Shown here one piece after another: positions 21,341 through 31,916 of a stretch of DNA of 64,000 nt. The position numbers and the translations under genes are program-made. The notes beneath the pieces were generated by a model. The model saw only the letters and a list, made by a program, of their open reading frames with translations, was not told the origin of the DNA and did not search any database. Source of the DNA: an uncultured Bacillota bacterium (GTDB lineage: Bacteria; Sysuimicrobiota; Sysuimicrobiia; Sysuimicrobiales; Segetimicrobiaceae); the NCBI GenBank assembly GCA_963804645.1, contig CAWDRG010000006.1:1-64000 (forward strand). The letters run 5' to 3'. Position 1 is the first letter of the stretch. Each line of letters opens with the position of its first letter.

Positions 21341-22182
21341 TGCCGCCGCCGCGGCCAGGCCGCGTGCAGCGCCTGGCGCTCCTGCTCGTAGACGACGGCG
21401 AACTTCTCGGCGGCTTCCTTGCCCGACAAGAGCTCGAGCTTGCGCACCTCGAGCGGATCGGCCGCGTGGATGATCGCGATCTCCTCCGCGCTCGGCGGCG
21501 CGGTCCGCGCGACGCCGGCGGGGATCTCGATCGGAAACCCCGTGGCCTGGCGGACCTGGTCCGGGGTCACCCCGGGATGCAGCGAGCGGACGACCATCCG
21601 GCCGGTGTCCGGATTCCATCCGAACACGCCGAGGTTGGTGACGAGACACGTCGGCGCGCCGTGGGCCCCCAGCGTCTTCGCGCGCTCGGGATTGTAGCCG
21701 GCCCCGCTGATGAAGTCGACCCGCGCGACGACCGCGCGCGGCGAGTGCTGGGTCAGGTAGTACAGGCCCTGCGACAGGTGGCTCGTGTCCTCGGGGATGC
21801 CCCGCGACCCGACGAGCGCCACCTTCGGCCGGTCCCACGGGCCGATCGCCGAGATGTTCACGTTGCCCTGCTCGTCGATCTGCGCCGGGTTGATCCAGAT
21901 CCGGAACCGGTCGGTGAAGATCGCGTCGAAGATGTCGTTCATCGTGAGCGGGATCGCCCGCTGGTTTTCCGTCAGGAACTGCCCGAGCGTCAGGGTGGGA
22001 AGGGGCACGGCGTCCATCCCCGACTCAGGAGTCGAGAGCACGGCGAGGTCGGGCGCGTGCGTACTTCGGGCCAGATGCGCCGCGAGCGACCCGAACGCCG
22101 TCACCGAGCTGACCAGCAGCTCCCCGTGGAGCTCGCGCGCCATGCAGCTGATCACCAGTTCGTCGATGCTGTACTCCGCCAT
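21337..22182 (-). CDS. CoA-transferase beta subunit (GctB/IpdB-like)
   Basis: AQIDEQGNVN, LVGSRGIP, VARVDFISG, VTNLGVF, SLHPGVT..V...TGF. Confidence 0.85.
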   Translation of the reverse strand: MAEYSIDELVISCMARELHGELLVSSVTAFGSLAAHLARSTHAPDLAVLSTPESGMDAVPLPTLTLGQFLTENQRAIPLTMNDIFDAIFTDRFRIWINPAQIDEQGNVNISAIGPWDRPKVALVGSRGIPEDTSHLSQGLYYLTQHSPRAVVARVDFISGAGYNPERAKTLGAHGAPTCLVTNLGVFGWNPDTGRMVVRSLHPGVTPDQVRQATGFPIEIPAGVARTAPPSAEEIAIIHAADPLEVRKLELLSGKEAAEKFAVVYEQERQALHAAWPRRRH

Positions 22183-22200
22183 CGTCGTCTCCCCCCGCGC

Positions 22201-23064
22201 CTAGACCCGCAGGCGCTCGCCGAGCGCGTGCTCGCCGCCGAGCGCGCGGACGTACTGCTCGTGCGTCACGTAGACGTAGCGTTCGAGGTACTCGCGCCAC
22301 GCCGCCTCGTCGCGCGCGGCGGTCAGGTACTCCTGGACGTGCTGCAGGTCCGCCCGGTACTCCGGCGCGCAGCCGGTGAGGTGCGCGCCCCACGGCGCTT
22401 CCACGACGCCGGTGACCATCGTCCGGAAGATGTGGACGTCGCGCCCGTAGGTTTGGAGCCGCTCCGGCAGGAGGATCTGCTCCGCCGACAGGAACGTCTT
22501 GCGCGCGGCCTTGGCGCACAGCGCGTCCATGTGGCCGTCGCCGAGGACGACGCCGTTGCCCTGCGGATCGGCGAGGTTGACGTGCAGCAGCGCCACGTCC
22601 GGCCGGAGCGCCGGGACCGCGACGAGCGTCTCGCCCCCGAACGGATCCTGGAACGTCCGAAACGCCGTGTTGACCTTGAGCACGTCCGTCGCCAGGGTGG
22701 AGTGCGTCGGCAGGAACGGCACGCGCTTGATCGCCGCGTCCAGGCCGGCCATCACCGTGTACTCCGTCCACTCCTGGAACTTGACGCTGCCCTCTTGGCG
22801 CGCCCGCCGGAAGTGGGGCGCGAGGCCCATCACCTCGAACCCGACGAACGCGAAGATGAGTTCGGCGATCTTGCCGGTGCCGAGCAGGAGGTCGACCTCG
22901 GGCCCGCCGACATTCACGATGACGCGCAGGTCCCGCCGGTCGCTGCGCGCGAGCGCGCGGACGAGGGCCATCGGCTTCCGCGACAGCGACGAGCCGCCGA
23001 TCGCGACGAGCGCCCCGTTCGGGATCTGGGCGACCACCTCGTCCGTGCTCATGACCTTGTTCAT
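22201..23064 (-). CDS. CoA-transferase alpha subunit (GctA/IpdA-like)
   Basis: [53 protein letters not shown]. Confidence 0.87.
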   Translation of the reverse strand: MNKVMSTDEVVAQIPNGALVAIGGSSLSRKPMALVRALARSDRRDLRVIVNVGGPEVDLLLGTGKIAELIFAFVGFEVMGLAPHFRRARQEGSVKFQEWTEYTVMAGLDAAIKRVPFLPTHSTLATDVLKVNTAFRTFQDPFGGETLVAVPALRPDVALLHVNLADPQGNGVVLGDGHMDALCAKAARKTFLSAEQILLPERLQTYGRDVHIFRTMVTGVVEAPWGAHLTGCAPEYRADLQHVQEYLTAARDEAAWREYLERYVYVTHEQYVRALGGEHALGERLRV

Positions 23065-23867
23065 CCGCGTGCCTCCCCTCGCCGGAACAACTCGAACGGG
23101 GCGGACGTGAGTCCGAGCCCGCCGTCGACCACGATCGTCTGGCCCACGATGTAGCGCGCCCCGGGGCTGCACAGGAACGCGACGACGGCCGCGACGTCCT
23201 CGGGGGCGCCCATGCGGCCGCTCGGCGCGTGCGTCGAGACGAGCCGGTCGAACTCGGCGAACCGGTCGCCGCCGTAGAACCGCGCGGAGTCGGTCGCGAT
23301 CACGCCGGGGCTGACGCAGTTCGCGGTGATCCCCCGCCCGGCGAGCTCGTACGCGAGATAGCGCGTCCACGTCTCCATCGCCGCCTTCGCCGACGCCAGG
23401 ATCGCATACTGCGGCAGCATCTCGACGGTCCCCTGTCCGGTGATCGCGACGATCGCGCCCTCGCGCCCCTCCATCAGCGGGACGGCACGCTGCGCGCACA
23501 GCACGAGCGACCGGACGATCAGGTCGAACGTGCGCTGGAGGTGGTGCGGCTTCGCGTCGAGGGTCGTCTTGAACGCCGTCGCGGCGTGGTTGGCGACGAA
23601 GTAGTCGAGCCCGCGGAACTCCGCGGCGACCCGGTCAAACAGGCGGTCGATCTCCTCGGGCTTCTCGAGGTCGGCCCCGGCCGGGATCGCGCGCCGGCCG
23701 AGCGCGGCGATGTCCGTCGCGACCTGGACGGCGGCGGCCTCGTTCCGGTGATAGTGCACGATCACGTCCGCGCCGCCCCGCGCCAGCATCAGCGCCGTGG
23801 CCCGGCCGATGCCGCGCGAGGCCCCGGTGACGAGCGCGATCTTGCCGGTGAACGTGCCGTCAAACAT
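23061..23867 (-). CDS. FabL-like enoyl-thioester reductase (SDR)
   Basis: [56 protein letters not shown]. Confidence 0.8.
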   Translation of the reverse strand: MFDGTFTGKIALVTGASRGIGRATALMLARGGADVIVHYHRNEAAAVQVATDIAALGRRAIPAGADLEKPEEIDRLFDRVAAEFRGLDYFVANHAATAFKTTLDAKPHHLQRTFDLIVRSLVLCAQRAVPLMEGREGAIVAITGQGTVEMLPQYAILASAKAAMETWTRYLAYELAGRGITANCVSPGVIATDSARFYGGDRFAEFDRLVSTHAPSGRMGAPEDVAAVVAFLCSPGARYIVGQTIVVDGGLGLTSAPFELFRRGEARG

Positions 23868-23995
23868 GACGCTCCCTCCTCTGGGATGCCTCTCGCGGGC
23901 CCCGGCGGCGCTCGTCGATGCGCGCGCCCCGGGATGTCCGCGGGCCGCGTGCGGAAGAAAGTCCCCTTGCAGTTCGGTGGAGCGGGCGGGGGGTC

Positions 23996-25236
23996 CTACC
24001 GCTCGAGCGCGCGGACCGCGACGGCGCAGTTCTGGCCGCCGAACCCGAACGCGTTGCCCACGGCGAGGCGGACGCGGGCGCGCCGCGCCGTGCGCGGCAC
24101 GTAGTCGAGGTCGCACAGGGGGTCGGCGTGCTCGAGGTTGATCGTGGGGGGAATCATCTCGTCGCGGATCGCGAGCACGCCGACGAGCGCCGCGAGCGCG
24201 CCGGCGGCCCCGATCAGGTGGCCGACCATGCTCTTCGGCGCGCTGACCGCGACCGACCGCGCGTGGGCCCCGAGCGCCTGCTTGATCGCGACCGTCTCCG
24301 CGATGTCGTTCATCGGCGTGCCGGTGCCGTGGGCGACGATCAGATCGACCTCGTCGGGCGCGGCGGCCGCCCCCGCAGCGCGAGCCCGATCGCGCGCGCG
24401 GCCTGGTCGCCGTCGGGGCGCGGGGCGGTTTCATGGTAGGCGTCGCTGGTGAGCCCGGCGCCCGCGAGCTCGGCGTAGATGCGGGCCTCGCGCGCCCGCG
24501 CGAGCTCTTCGCGCTCCACGAGGAACACGACGGCGCCCTCGCCGTACACGAAGCCGTCGCGATCCCGGTCGAACGGGCGGCTCGCGCGCTCCGGCTCGTC
24601 GTTCCGCGCGCTGAGCGCACCGACCGAGCACAGGGCCGCCCAGACGGACGGGGTGAGCGCCGACTCGGCGCCGCCGGCGAGCACGTAGTCGGCGTCGCCG
24701 TCGAGAATCCAGCGCCGGGCCTCCGCGAGCGCGATCGCGCCGCTGGCGCAGGCGCCGACCGAGGTGTTCGAGGGTCCGCGGATCCCGAACTGGATCGTGA
24801 CCGCGGACGCCGCCATGTTGGCGATCAGCATCGGCAGGAGGAACGGCGTGACGCGCGCCGGGTTGTTCCCGTGCAGGCGGGGCGCCTCGTCGTCGATCAC
24901 GTCCATGCCGCCGAGCGCGGTCGCGACCGTCACGCCCACGCGGTCGAGGATGTCCTCGGTCAGGCTCAGGCCGCCGTCCTTGAGCGCCTCGTCGGCCGCG
25001 GCGATCGCGAGCTGCGCAAACCGGGCGGTCCGGCGCGCCCGTTTGCGGGTCTGCACCCGCGTCGGGTCAAAGTTGGGGATGTCGGCCGCGATCCTGACCG
25101 GATAGCGCGACGGGTCGAACCGGGTCAGCGGCCGGACGCCGCTGCGCCCCGCGAGCAGGTTCGCCCAGGTCTCCGGCGCCGACAGCCCGACGGGGGTGAG
25201 GGCGCCGATTCCGGTGATTACGGCGCGAGTAGTCAC
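23996..25236 (-). pseudogene. fabF: Beta-ketoacyl-ACP synthase II (FabF), 1-nt frameshift in the G5 run at 24370-24374
   Basis: [24 protein letters not shown], then in the other frame [31 protein letters not shown]. Confidence 0.88.
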
Positions 25237-25299
25237 AAAATTATCATATTCGCGCGAGGCGCCGCGCTCTCCTTGCGGCCAAGGGGATCGCAGTACCCG

Positions 25300-25312
25300 A
25301 AACACGAACATT
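25300..25312 (+). promoter_or_regulatory. PurBox 1 (Bacillus-type PurR site)
   Basis: AAACACGAACATT matches the B. subtilis pur-operon PurBox. Confidence 0.8.
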
Positions 25313-25322
25313 CAGAATTAAC

Positions 25323-25351
25323 TTGGCGCGTTCTTCCGGATATGGTACAGT
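25323..25351 (+). promoter_or_regulatory. pur operon promoter
   Basis: TTGGCG-17 bp-TACAGT with extended TG motif. Confidence 0.6.
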
Positions 25352-25393
25352 TCATTTGGATCGTTTCGCAGAATTCTCCGCAGCAGCCATCTG

Positions 25394-25406
25394 AAACACG
25401 AACAAT
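25394..25406 (+). promoter_or_regulatory. PurBox 2
   Basis: AAACACGAACAAT, direct repeat of box 1, 94 bp downstream. Confidence 0.75.
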
Positions 25407-25454
25407 CCTGCTCATTTCGACGGACCCGCCGCCGTGACGCGGCAGGGGAGCGCG

Positions 25455-26768
25455 ATGAGAGTCCTGGTGGTGGGATCAGGGGGTCGGGAGCACGCGCTGG
25501 CGTGGGCCCTCAGCCGGCAGGGTCTCACTCTATTCGCGGCGCCCGGCAATCCCGGCATCGCGCAGTGCGCCACGTGCGTGCCGTGCGGCGCGCTCGACCT
25601 CGCCGGCCTCGCGCACGAAGCCGAACGCCTCCACATCGATATCACCGTCGTGGGACCGGAAGCCCCGCTCGCCGCGGGGCTCGTCGACGCGTTCGCCGCG
25701 CGCGGCCTGCGCGCGTTCGGGCCGACCCGGGCGGCCGCCCAACTCGAAGCCAGCAAGGTCTTCATGAAGCGCCTGTGCGCGCGGTACGAGATTCCCACCG
25801 CCCCGTTCCGGATCTTCGACGACGCGGCCGCGGCCGCGGACTACGTGCGCCGCGCCGGCCGGCCGCTCGTCATCAAAGCCGACGGCCTCGCCGCGGGCAA
25901 GGGGGTCGTGGTCGCGCAGTCGAACGAGGAAGCGTGCGCCGCGCTCGAGGCGATGATGGTGTCCCGGCGGTTCGGGGACGCCGGCGCGCGCGTCGTGGTC
26001 GAGGAGCTGCTCGAGGGCGACGAGGTCAGCGTGTTTGCGATCTGCGACGGCACCCACGTCGTGCCCCTGCTGCCCGCGCAGGATCACAAGCGCCTGCTCG
26101 AGGGCGACCGTGGGCCCAACACGGGCGGGATGGGTGCCGTGGCGCCGGTCCCGGGGGTGGGGGAGGCGGCGGTCGACCGCATCGTCGACGAGATCCTCGC
26201 CCCGACGCTGTGGGCGATGGCCCAGGAAGGATCCCCGTACCGGGGCGTGCTGTTCGCCGGGATCATGATGACGTCCGACGGCCCCCGCGTGCTGGAGTTC
26301 AACGTGCGGTTCGGCGATCCGGAGGCGCAGGTGCTGCTGCCGCTGCTCGAGTCGGGCCCGCTCGAGCTCGTCGAGGCCGCCGTCTGCGGGCGCGTGGACC
26401 GCGTGGCCCCGCGCTGGCGGCGCGGGTACGCGGTGTGCGCCGTGCTGTGCGCCCCGGGCTATCCGGACCAGCCCCGCACCGGCGCGGAGATTCACGGGCT
26501 CGATCGGATCGAGGGGGGCGACGCGCTCGTGTTTCACGCGGGCACGACCGTGCGGGACGGGCGGACGCTGACCGCGGGCGGGCGCGTCCTGAACGTGGTG
26601 GGCACCGGGGCGACGCTCTCGGACGCCCGCGCGCGCGCGTACCGCGCGGCGGACGCCATCACCTATGACGGGAAGATCGTGCGTCGGGACATCGGCGCCC
26701 GCGCGCCCGTGCGGCCCGCCTCCGAGCGGCGCGCGGCGATGACGTCAGCCGACGAGGGTGGACGATGA
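25455..26768 (+). CDS. purD: Phosphoribosylamine-glycine ligase
   Basis: [45 protein letters not shown]. Confidence 0.97.
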   Translation: MRVLVVGSGGREHALAWALSRQGLTLFAAPGNPGIAQCATCVPCGALDLAGLAHEAERLHIDITVVGPEAPLAAGLVDAFAARGLRAFGPTRAAAQLEASKVFMKRLCARYEIPTAPFRIFDDAAAAADYVRRAGRPLVIKADGLAAGKGVVVAQSNEEACAALEAMMVSRRFGDAGARVVVEELLEGDEVSVFAICDGTHVVPLLPAQDHKRLLEGDRGPNTGGMGAVAPVPGVGEAAVDRIVDEILAPTLWAMAQEGSPYRGVLFAGIMMTSDGPRVLEFNVRFGDPEAQVLLPLLESGPLELVEAAVCGRVDRVAPRWRRGYAVCAVLCAPGYPDQPRTGAEIHGLDRIEGGDALVFHAGTTVRDGRTLTAGGRVLNVVGTGATLSDARARAYRAADAITYDGKIVRRDIGARAPVRPASERRAAMTSADEGGR

Positions 26769-27307
26769 CCGGGAGCGGGGAACGCACAACGCGCGTGCTG
26801 ATTCTGGTCGGCAGCGACTCGGACGTCCCGGTGATGCAGGAGGCCGGCCGGGTGCTCGCGGAGTTCGAGGTGCCGTACGAGCTGACGATCGCGTCGGCCC
26901 ACCGGTCGCCCGACCGGGCCGACCGGTACGCGGCCGAGGCCGAGGGGCGCGGGGTGCAGGTCCTGATCTGCGCGGCCGGGGCCGCGGCGCACCTCGCGGG
27001 CGCGGTCGCGGCCCGCACGGTGCTGCCCGTGATCGGGGTGCCGCTCGCCGGCGGCGCGCTCGGTGGCATGGACGCGCTGCTCTCCACCGTGCAGATGCCC
27101 GGCGGCGTGCCGGTCGCGTCGGTGGCGATCGGCGGCGCGCGCAACGCGGCGCTGCTGGCCGTGCAGATCCTTGGGACCGCGGACCCGGAGCTGCGCGAGC
27201 GGTACCGGGCGCAGAAGGCGCGCCTCGCCGCGCAGGTCGACGAGAAGGCCGCGCGCCTCGGCGCGACGACCGAGGCCGGCATGGTCCCGCCGCGGGAGAC
27301 GCGGTAG
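26765..27307 (+). CDS. purE: N5-CAIR mutase / AIR carboxylase catalytic subunit
   Basis: [33 protein letters not shown]. Confidence 0.96.
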   Translation: MTGSGERTTRVLILVGSDSDVPVMQEAGRVLAEFEVPYELTIASAHRSPDRADRYAAEAEGRGVQVLICAAGAAAHLAGAVAARTVLPVIGVPLAGGALGGMDALLSTVQMPGGVPVASVAIGGARNAALLAVQILGTADPELRERYRAQKARLAAQVDEKAARLGATTEAGMVPPRETR

Positions 27308-28594
27308 ATGCCGGTCATCGCGGTCGTCGGCGCCCAGTGGGGCGATGAGGGGAAGGGGAAGGTCGTGGACACCCTCGCCGCCCACGCCGACGTCGTCGTC
27401 CGCTACAACGGCGGCAACAACGCCGGGCACACGATCCAAAACGAGCATGGGACGTTCGCGCTGCACCTGCTGCCGTCGGGGATCTTCCATCCCGCGGCGC
27501 AGTGCGTGATCGGCCCCGGCGTCGTCGTCAACCCCGAGGTGCTGCTCGCCGAGGTCGAGGAGGTCGAGCGCGTCGGGATGCCGACCGTCGGGCGGCTGTG
27601 GCTCGACGAGCGGGCGCACCTGATCTTCCCGCACCACATCGTGATGGACGAGCTGGAAGAGGCCGCCCGCGGCGGCGCGCCCCACGGGACGACGAAGCAG
27701 GGCATCTGGCCGGTGTACAGCGACAAGGCCGCGCGGATCGGCATCCGCCTCGGCGATCTGCTCGAGGAAGCGCACCTCGTCGAGCAGCTGACGTTTATCG
27801 CCGCGCGCAAGAGCGCCCTGTTCACCGGCGTCTACCGGCACGAGGCGCTCGACGCGCCGCGCCTGCTCGCGATGGCCGCGCGCTGGGCCGAGCGGCTGCG
27901 CCCGTACATCGCCGACACGCACCCGCTGATCCAGGAGGCGCTGCGCGCCGACCGGATGATCCTGCTCGAGGGGCAGCTCGGCGTGATGCGCGATCTCGAC
28001 TGGGGCCTGTATCCATACGTGACCTCGTCGACGACCCTGCCCGGCGGGGCGTCGTCGGGCGCGGGGATCCCGCCGTACCGGATCACGCGCGTGCTCGGCG
28101 TCGCGAAGGCGTACACGACCGCGGTCGGGTCCGGGCCGATGCCGACCGAGCTGGACGACGATACCGGCGCGCGCATCCGGGAGCTCGGCGCGGAGTACGG
28201 CGCCACGACGCGGCGGCCGCGGCGGTGCGGCTGGTTCGACGGCGTCGCCGCGCGGTTCGCCGCGGAGGTCGCGGGGTTCACGCAGCTCGCGGTGATGAAG
28301 CTCGACATCTTCGACACGTTCGAGACGATCAAGATCGCCGCGGCCTACCGGCTCGGCGGGCGCACGATCCACTCGGTGCCGCACACCGCCGCGATGGCGC
28401 GGGTCGAGCCGGTGTACGAGGAGCTGGCCGGCTGGCGCGTGCCCACGCAGCGCGCGCGGCGCCTGACGGATCTCCCGGTCGAGGCGCGGCTGTTCCTGCG
28501 GCGGATCGAGGAGATCGTCGACGTCCCGATCGCGATGGTCGGGGTCGGTCCGGGCCGCCAAGACGTCATCTTCACCCAGGAGGGGTTCCCGTGA
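27308..28594 (+). CDS. purA: Adenylosuccinate synthetase
   Basis: GAQWGDEGKGK, GGNNAGHT, YPYVTSS, EYGATTRRPRRCGWFD. Confidence 0.97.
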   Translation: MPVIAVVGAQWGDEGKGKVVDTLAAHADVVVRYNGGNNAGHTIQNEHGTFALHLLPSGIFHPAAQCVIGPGVVVNPEVLLAEVEEVERVGMPTVGRLWLDERAHLIFPHHIVMDELEEAARGGAPHGTTKQGIWPVYSDKAARIGIRLGDLLEEAHLVEQLTFIAARKSALFTGVYRHEALDAPRLLAMAARWAERLRPYIADTHPLIQEALRADRMILLEGQLGVMRDLDWGLYPYVTSSTTLPGGASSGAGIPPYRITRVLGVAKAYTTAVGSGPMPTELDDDTGARIRELGAEYGATTRRPRRCGWFDGVAARFAAEVAGFTQLAVMKLDIFDTFETIKIAAAYRLGGRTIHSVPHTAAMARVEPVYEELAGWRVPTQRARRLTDLPVEARLFLRRIEEIVDVPIAMVGVGPGRQDVIFTQEGFP

Positions 28595-29940
28595 TTCCCC
28601 GCTACACGTCGCCCGAGATGGCGGAGCTGTGGAGCCCGGAGGCCAAGTTCAACACGTGGCTCGAGATTGAGCTGCTCGCCGCCGAGGCGCAGGCGGAGCG
28701 CGGGGTCGTGCCCCGCGACGCCGCTCGGCGGCTGCGCGAGCGCGCCAGGGTGACGAGCGTCGCGCGCATCGACGAGATCGAGGAGAAGGAGACGCGGCAC
28801 GACGTGGTCGCGTTCCTCCGGGTCGTCGGGGAGACGGTGGGGGACGACGCGCGGTACCTGCATCTCGGCTTGGGGTCCTCGGACGTCGTCGACACCGCGC
28901 TGTCGGTCCTGATGGTGCGCGCCGCCGATCTCCTGACGCGCCAGCTCGAGGCCCTGCACCGGGCGCTCGGGCGCCTGGCCGTGAGCCACCGGTACACCGT
29001 GATGGCCGGCCGCACGCACGGGATCCAGGCGGAGCCGATCACGTTCGGGCTCAAGGCCGCGCTGTGGTACGCAGAGGTCGGGCGCGGGCTCGAGCGCCTC
29101 GCGCGCGCCCGCGCGGTGATCGCCGTCGGGAAGCTCTCCGGCGAGGTCGGCACGTTCGCGCACAACCCGCCCGAGATCGAGGCCTACGTGTGCGCGCGCC
29201 TCGGGCTGGCGCCGGCGCCGGTGTCCTCGCAGGTGCTGCAGCGCGACCGCCACGCCGAGTACCTCACGCACCTCGCGGTGATCGCGGGCACGCTCGAGAA
29301 GATCGCGACGGAGATCCGCACGCTGCAGCGGACCGAGCTGCGCGAGGTCGAGGAGCCGTTCCGCGCGGGCCAGACGGGGTCGTCCGCGATGCCGCACAAG
29401 CGCAACCCGATCATCTCGGAGCGCGTCGCGGGACTCGCGCGCCTCGTGCGCGGCCACGCCCTGTCCGCGCTCGAGGACATCACGCTGTGGGGCGAGCGCG
29501 ACATCACGCACTCGTCGGTGGAGCGGGTCATCGTGCCGGACGCGACGACGATCCTCGACTACATGATCCGGAAGCTCACGGGGGTCATCGAGGGCCTGCG
29601 CGTGTACCCCCAGCACATGACCGCGAACCTCGAGCGGACCGGCGGGCTCGTGTTCTCGCACCGCGTGCTGCTGGCGCTCCTGGCCGCGGGGTTGAGCCGC
29701 GAGGAGGCCTACCGCCTAGTGCAGTCGACGGCGATGCGGGCGTGGGACGACGGCCTGTCCTTCCGGGAGCTCGTCCGCGCCACCGGCGCGCTCACGAACG
29801 AGGCGCTCGACGCGTGCTTCGATCCGGCGCCCGCGCTGCGGCACATCGACGAGATCTTCGCGCGGGCGGGCCTTGGGGCGCCGGACGCCGGGACCGGCCC
29901 CGCGGTGCCGGCCGCGCGCGCCGCCGTCCCGGGCGCCTGA
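28591..29940 (+). CDS. purB: Adenylosuccinate lyase
   Basis: IPRY, TRHDVVAF, GRTHG, GSSAMPHKRNP, ERDITHSS. Confidence 0.97.
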   Translation: MIPRYTSPEMAELWSPEAKFNTWLEIELLAAEAQAERGVVPRDAARRLRERARVTSVARIDEIEEKETRHDVVAFLRVVGETVGDDARYLHLGLGSSDVVDTALSVLMVRAADLLTRQLEALHRALGRLAVSHRYTVMAGRTHGIQAEPITFGLKAALWYAEVGRGLERLARARAVIAVGKLSGEVGTFAHNPPEIEAYVCARLGLAPAPVSSQVLQRDRHAEYLTHLAVIAGTLEKIATEIRTLQRTELREVEEPFRAGQTGSSAMPHKRNPIISERVAGLARLVRGHALSALEDITLWGERDITHSSVERVIVPDATTILDYMIRKLTGVIEGLRVYPQHMTANLERTGGLVFSHRVLLALLAAGLSREEAYRLVQSTAMRAWDDGLSFRELVRATGALTNEALDACFDPAPALRHIDEIFARAGLGAPDAGTGPAVPAARAAVPGA

Positions 29941-29970
29941 CCGATCGGGACGGTGAGAGGAGGGGGAGCG

Positions 29971-30888
29971 ATGCACGACGCGATGACGGGACGCGGGAGG
30001 GAGGCGGTGCTCGAGACGCACCTCGACCTGCCGCTGTTCTCCCGCGGGAAGGTGCGGGACAACTACGATCTGGGCGACCGGCTGCTGCTGGTCGCGACCG
30101 ACCGCCTGTCGGCGTTCGACTGCGTGCTCGCGACCGGGATTCCCGACCGCGGCCGGGTGCTGACGTGCCTGTCGGCGTTTTGGTTCGAGCGCCTGCGCCC
30201 GGTCGTCCCGAACCACATGATCACGATCGATCCGGACGCGCTGCCCGACGCGGTGCGCGCGCACCGCGCGGAGCTCGCCGGCCGCGCGATGCTGGTGCAC
30301 CGGTGCGAGCGCATCGACTACGAGTGCGTCGTCCGCGGCTACCTCGCCGGCTCGGGCTGGAAAGAGTATCAGGCCGCGGGCGAGGTCTGCGGGGTGCGCC
30401 TGCCGCCGGGCCTCCGGCAGGGCAGCCGGCTGCCCGAACCCATCTTCACCCCGGCGACGAAGAACGAGACGGGCCACGACGAGAACATCTCGGCCGCGCG
30501 CATGGCGGATCGGCTCGGGACGGGGCTCGCCCGCCAGCTCGAGGAGGTGAGCGTCCGGCTGTACCGGGAGGCCGCCGCCGCGGTCGAGCGCGCCGGGTTT
30601 CTCCTGGTGGATACCAAGTTCGAGTTCGGGCTGCGCCACGGGACGCTGACGCTGATCGACGAGGCGCTGACGCCGGACTCGTCGCGGTTCTGGGACGCCG
30701 CGTCCTACGCGGCGACCGGGTCGACCGAGAGCTACGACAAGCAGGTTGTGCGCGACTATCTGGAGCAGACCGGCTGGAACAAGCAGCCGCCGGCGCCGTC
30801 GCTCCCGCCGGCGATCGTGGAGGCGGCCCGGGCGCGGTACCTCGAGGTCTACCGCCGCATCGTCGGCCGCCCGCTGCCGGAGGCGTGA
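29971..30888 (+). CDS. purC: SAICAR synthetase
   Basis: RGKVRDNY, TDRLSAFD, ECVVRGYLAGSG, DTKFEFG, TPDSSRFW. Confidence 0.97.
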   Translation: MHDAMTGRGREAVLETHLDLPLFSRGKVRDNYDLGDRLLLVATDRLSAFDCVLATGIPDRGRVLTCLSAFWFERLRPVVPNHMITIDPDALPDAVRAHRAELAGRAMLVHRCERIDYECVVRGYLAGSGWKEYQAAGEVCGVRLPPGLRQGSRLPEPIFTPATKNETGHDENISAARMADRLGTGLARQLEEVSVRLYREAAAAVERAGFLLVDTKFEFGLRHGTLTLIDEALTPDSSRFWDAASYAATGSTESYDKQVVRDYLEQTGWNKQPPAPSLPPAIVEAARARYLEVYRRIVGRPLPEA

Positions 30889-30890
30889 GC

Positions 30891-31133
30891 GTGGCGGCGC
30901 GGACGGTGCGGGTCATCGTGACGCTGAAGCCCGGCGTGCTGGACGCGCCGGGGCAGGCGATTCAGAAGGGGCTCGACGCGCTCGGGCACGGCGGGGTGAA
31001 GGCCGTGCGCACCGGCCGTTACTTCGAGATCGAGCTCGACGACGACGAGCGGCTCGAGGGGCGCGTGCGGGAGATGTGCGACGGGTTTCTCGCGAACACG
31101 CTGATCGAGCAGTACCGGTACGAGATCGTATGA
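30891..31133 (+). CDS. purS: FGAM synthase subunit PurS
   Basis: VTLKPGVLDAPG, VRTGRYF, LANTLIEQY. Confidence 0.93.
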   Translation: MAARTVRVIVTLKPGVLDAPGQAIQKGLDALGHGGVKAVRTGRYFEIELDDDERLEGRVREMCDGFLANTLIEQYRYEIV

Positions 31134-31188
31134 GACACCCGAGGCCGCGCGGTCGGGTGTCGCGACACGCGGGACGAGGAGGTGGCCG

Positions 31189-31914
31189 GTGAACGTTGGG
31201 ATCCTGGTCTTTCCCGGCAGCAACTGCGACGCGGACGCGTACCACGCGATCCGCGACGTGCTCGGGCAGCACGCCCAGTACGTGTGGCACGAGGAGCGGT
31301 CGCTGCGGGGGCTCGACGCCGTCATCCTGCCCGGCGGGTTCTCGTACGGGGACTACCTCCGCGCCGGCGCGATCGCGACCACGGCCCCCGCGGTGCGGGC
31401 GCTGCGTCCGTACGTCGAGCGCGGCGGGCTCGTGCTCGGCATCTGCAACGGGTTTCAGACGCTGCTCGAGGCCGGCCTCCTGCCGGGGGCGATGCTGCCG
31501 AACCTGTGCGGCGAGTTCCGCTGCGAGTGGGTCTACATCCGCACCGAGCGCGCCGACACGCCGTTCACCTGCGCGCTCGAGCCCGGGGACGTGCTCCGCA
31601 TCCCGATCGCGCACGCGGAGGGCCGGTACGTGATGGACGCCGCGCGCCCCGCGATCGCGGCGCACCGGCAGGTCGTGTTCCGCTACTGCGACGACACCGG
31701 GGTCGTGGCGCGCGAGGCGAATCCGAACGGCTCCGAGGACGCGGTCGCGGGCATCGCGAGCGCGTCCGGCGCCGTGCTCGGGCTGATGCCGCATCCGGAG
31801 CGGGCGTGCGAGGAACTGCTGGGCAGCACCGACGGGCTCCGGATCTTCGAGTCGCTCGAGCAGTGGATTTCGTCCGGCCGCACGCTCTCCGAACAGCCGG
31901 CGGAGGTGCACTGA
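31189..31914 (+). CDS. purQ: FGAM synthase subunit PurQ
   Basis: [38 protein letters not shown]. Confidence 0.97.
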   Translation: MNVGILVFPGSNCDADAYHAIRDVLGQHAQYVWHEERSLRGLDAVILPGGFSYGDYLRAGAIATTAPAVRALRPYVERGGLVLGICNGFQTLLEAGLLPGAMLPNLCGEFRCEWVYIRTERADTPFTCALEPGDVLRIPIAHAEGRYVMDAARPAIAAHRQVVFRYCDDTGVVAREANPNGSEDAVAGIASASGAVLGLMPHPERACEELLGSTDGLRIFESLEQWISSGRTLSEQPAEVH

Positions 31915-31916
31915 CG

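Noticed and set aside
25352..25454. Purine or ZTP riboswitch in the pur leader
   Set aside because: The conserved aptamer motifs and a terminator are not evident. PurBoxes explain the region.
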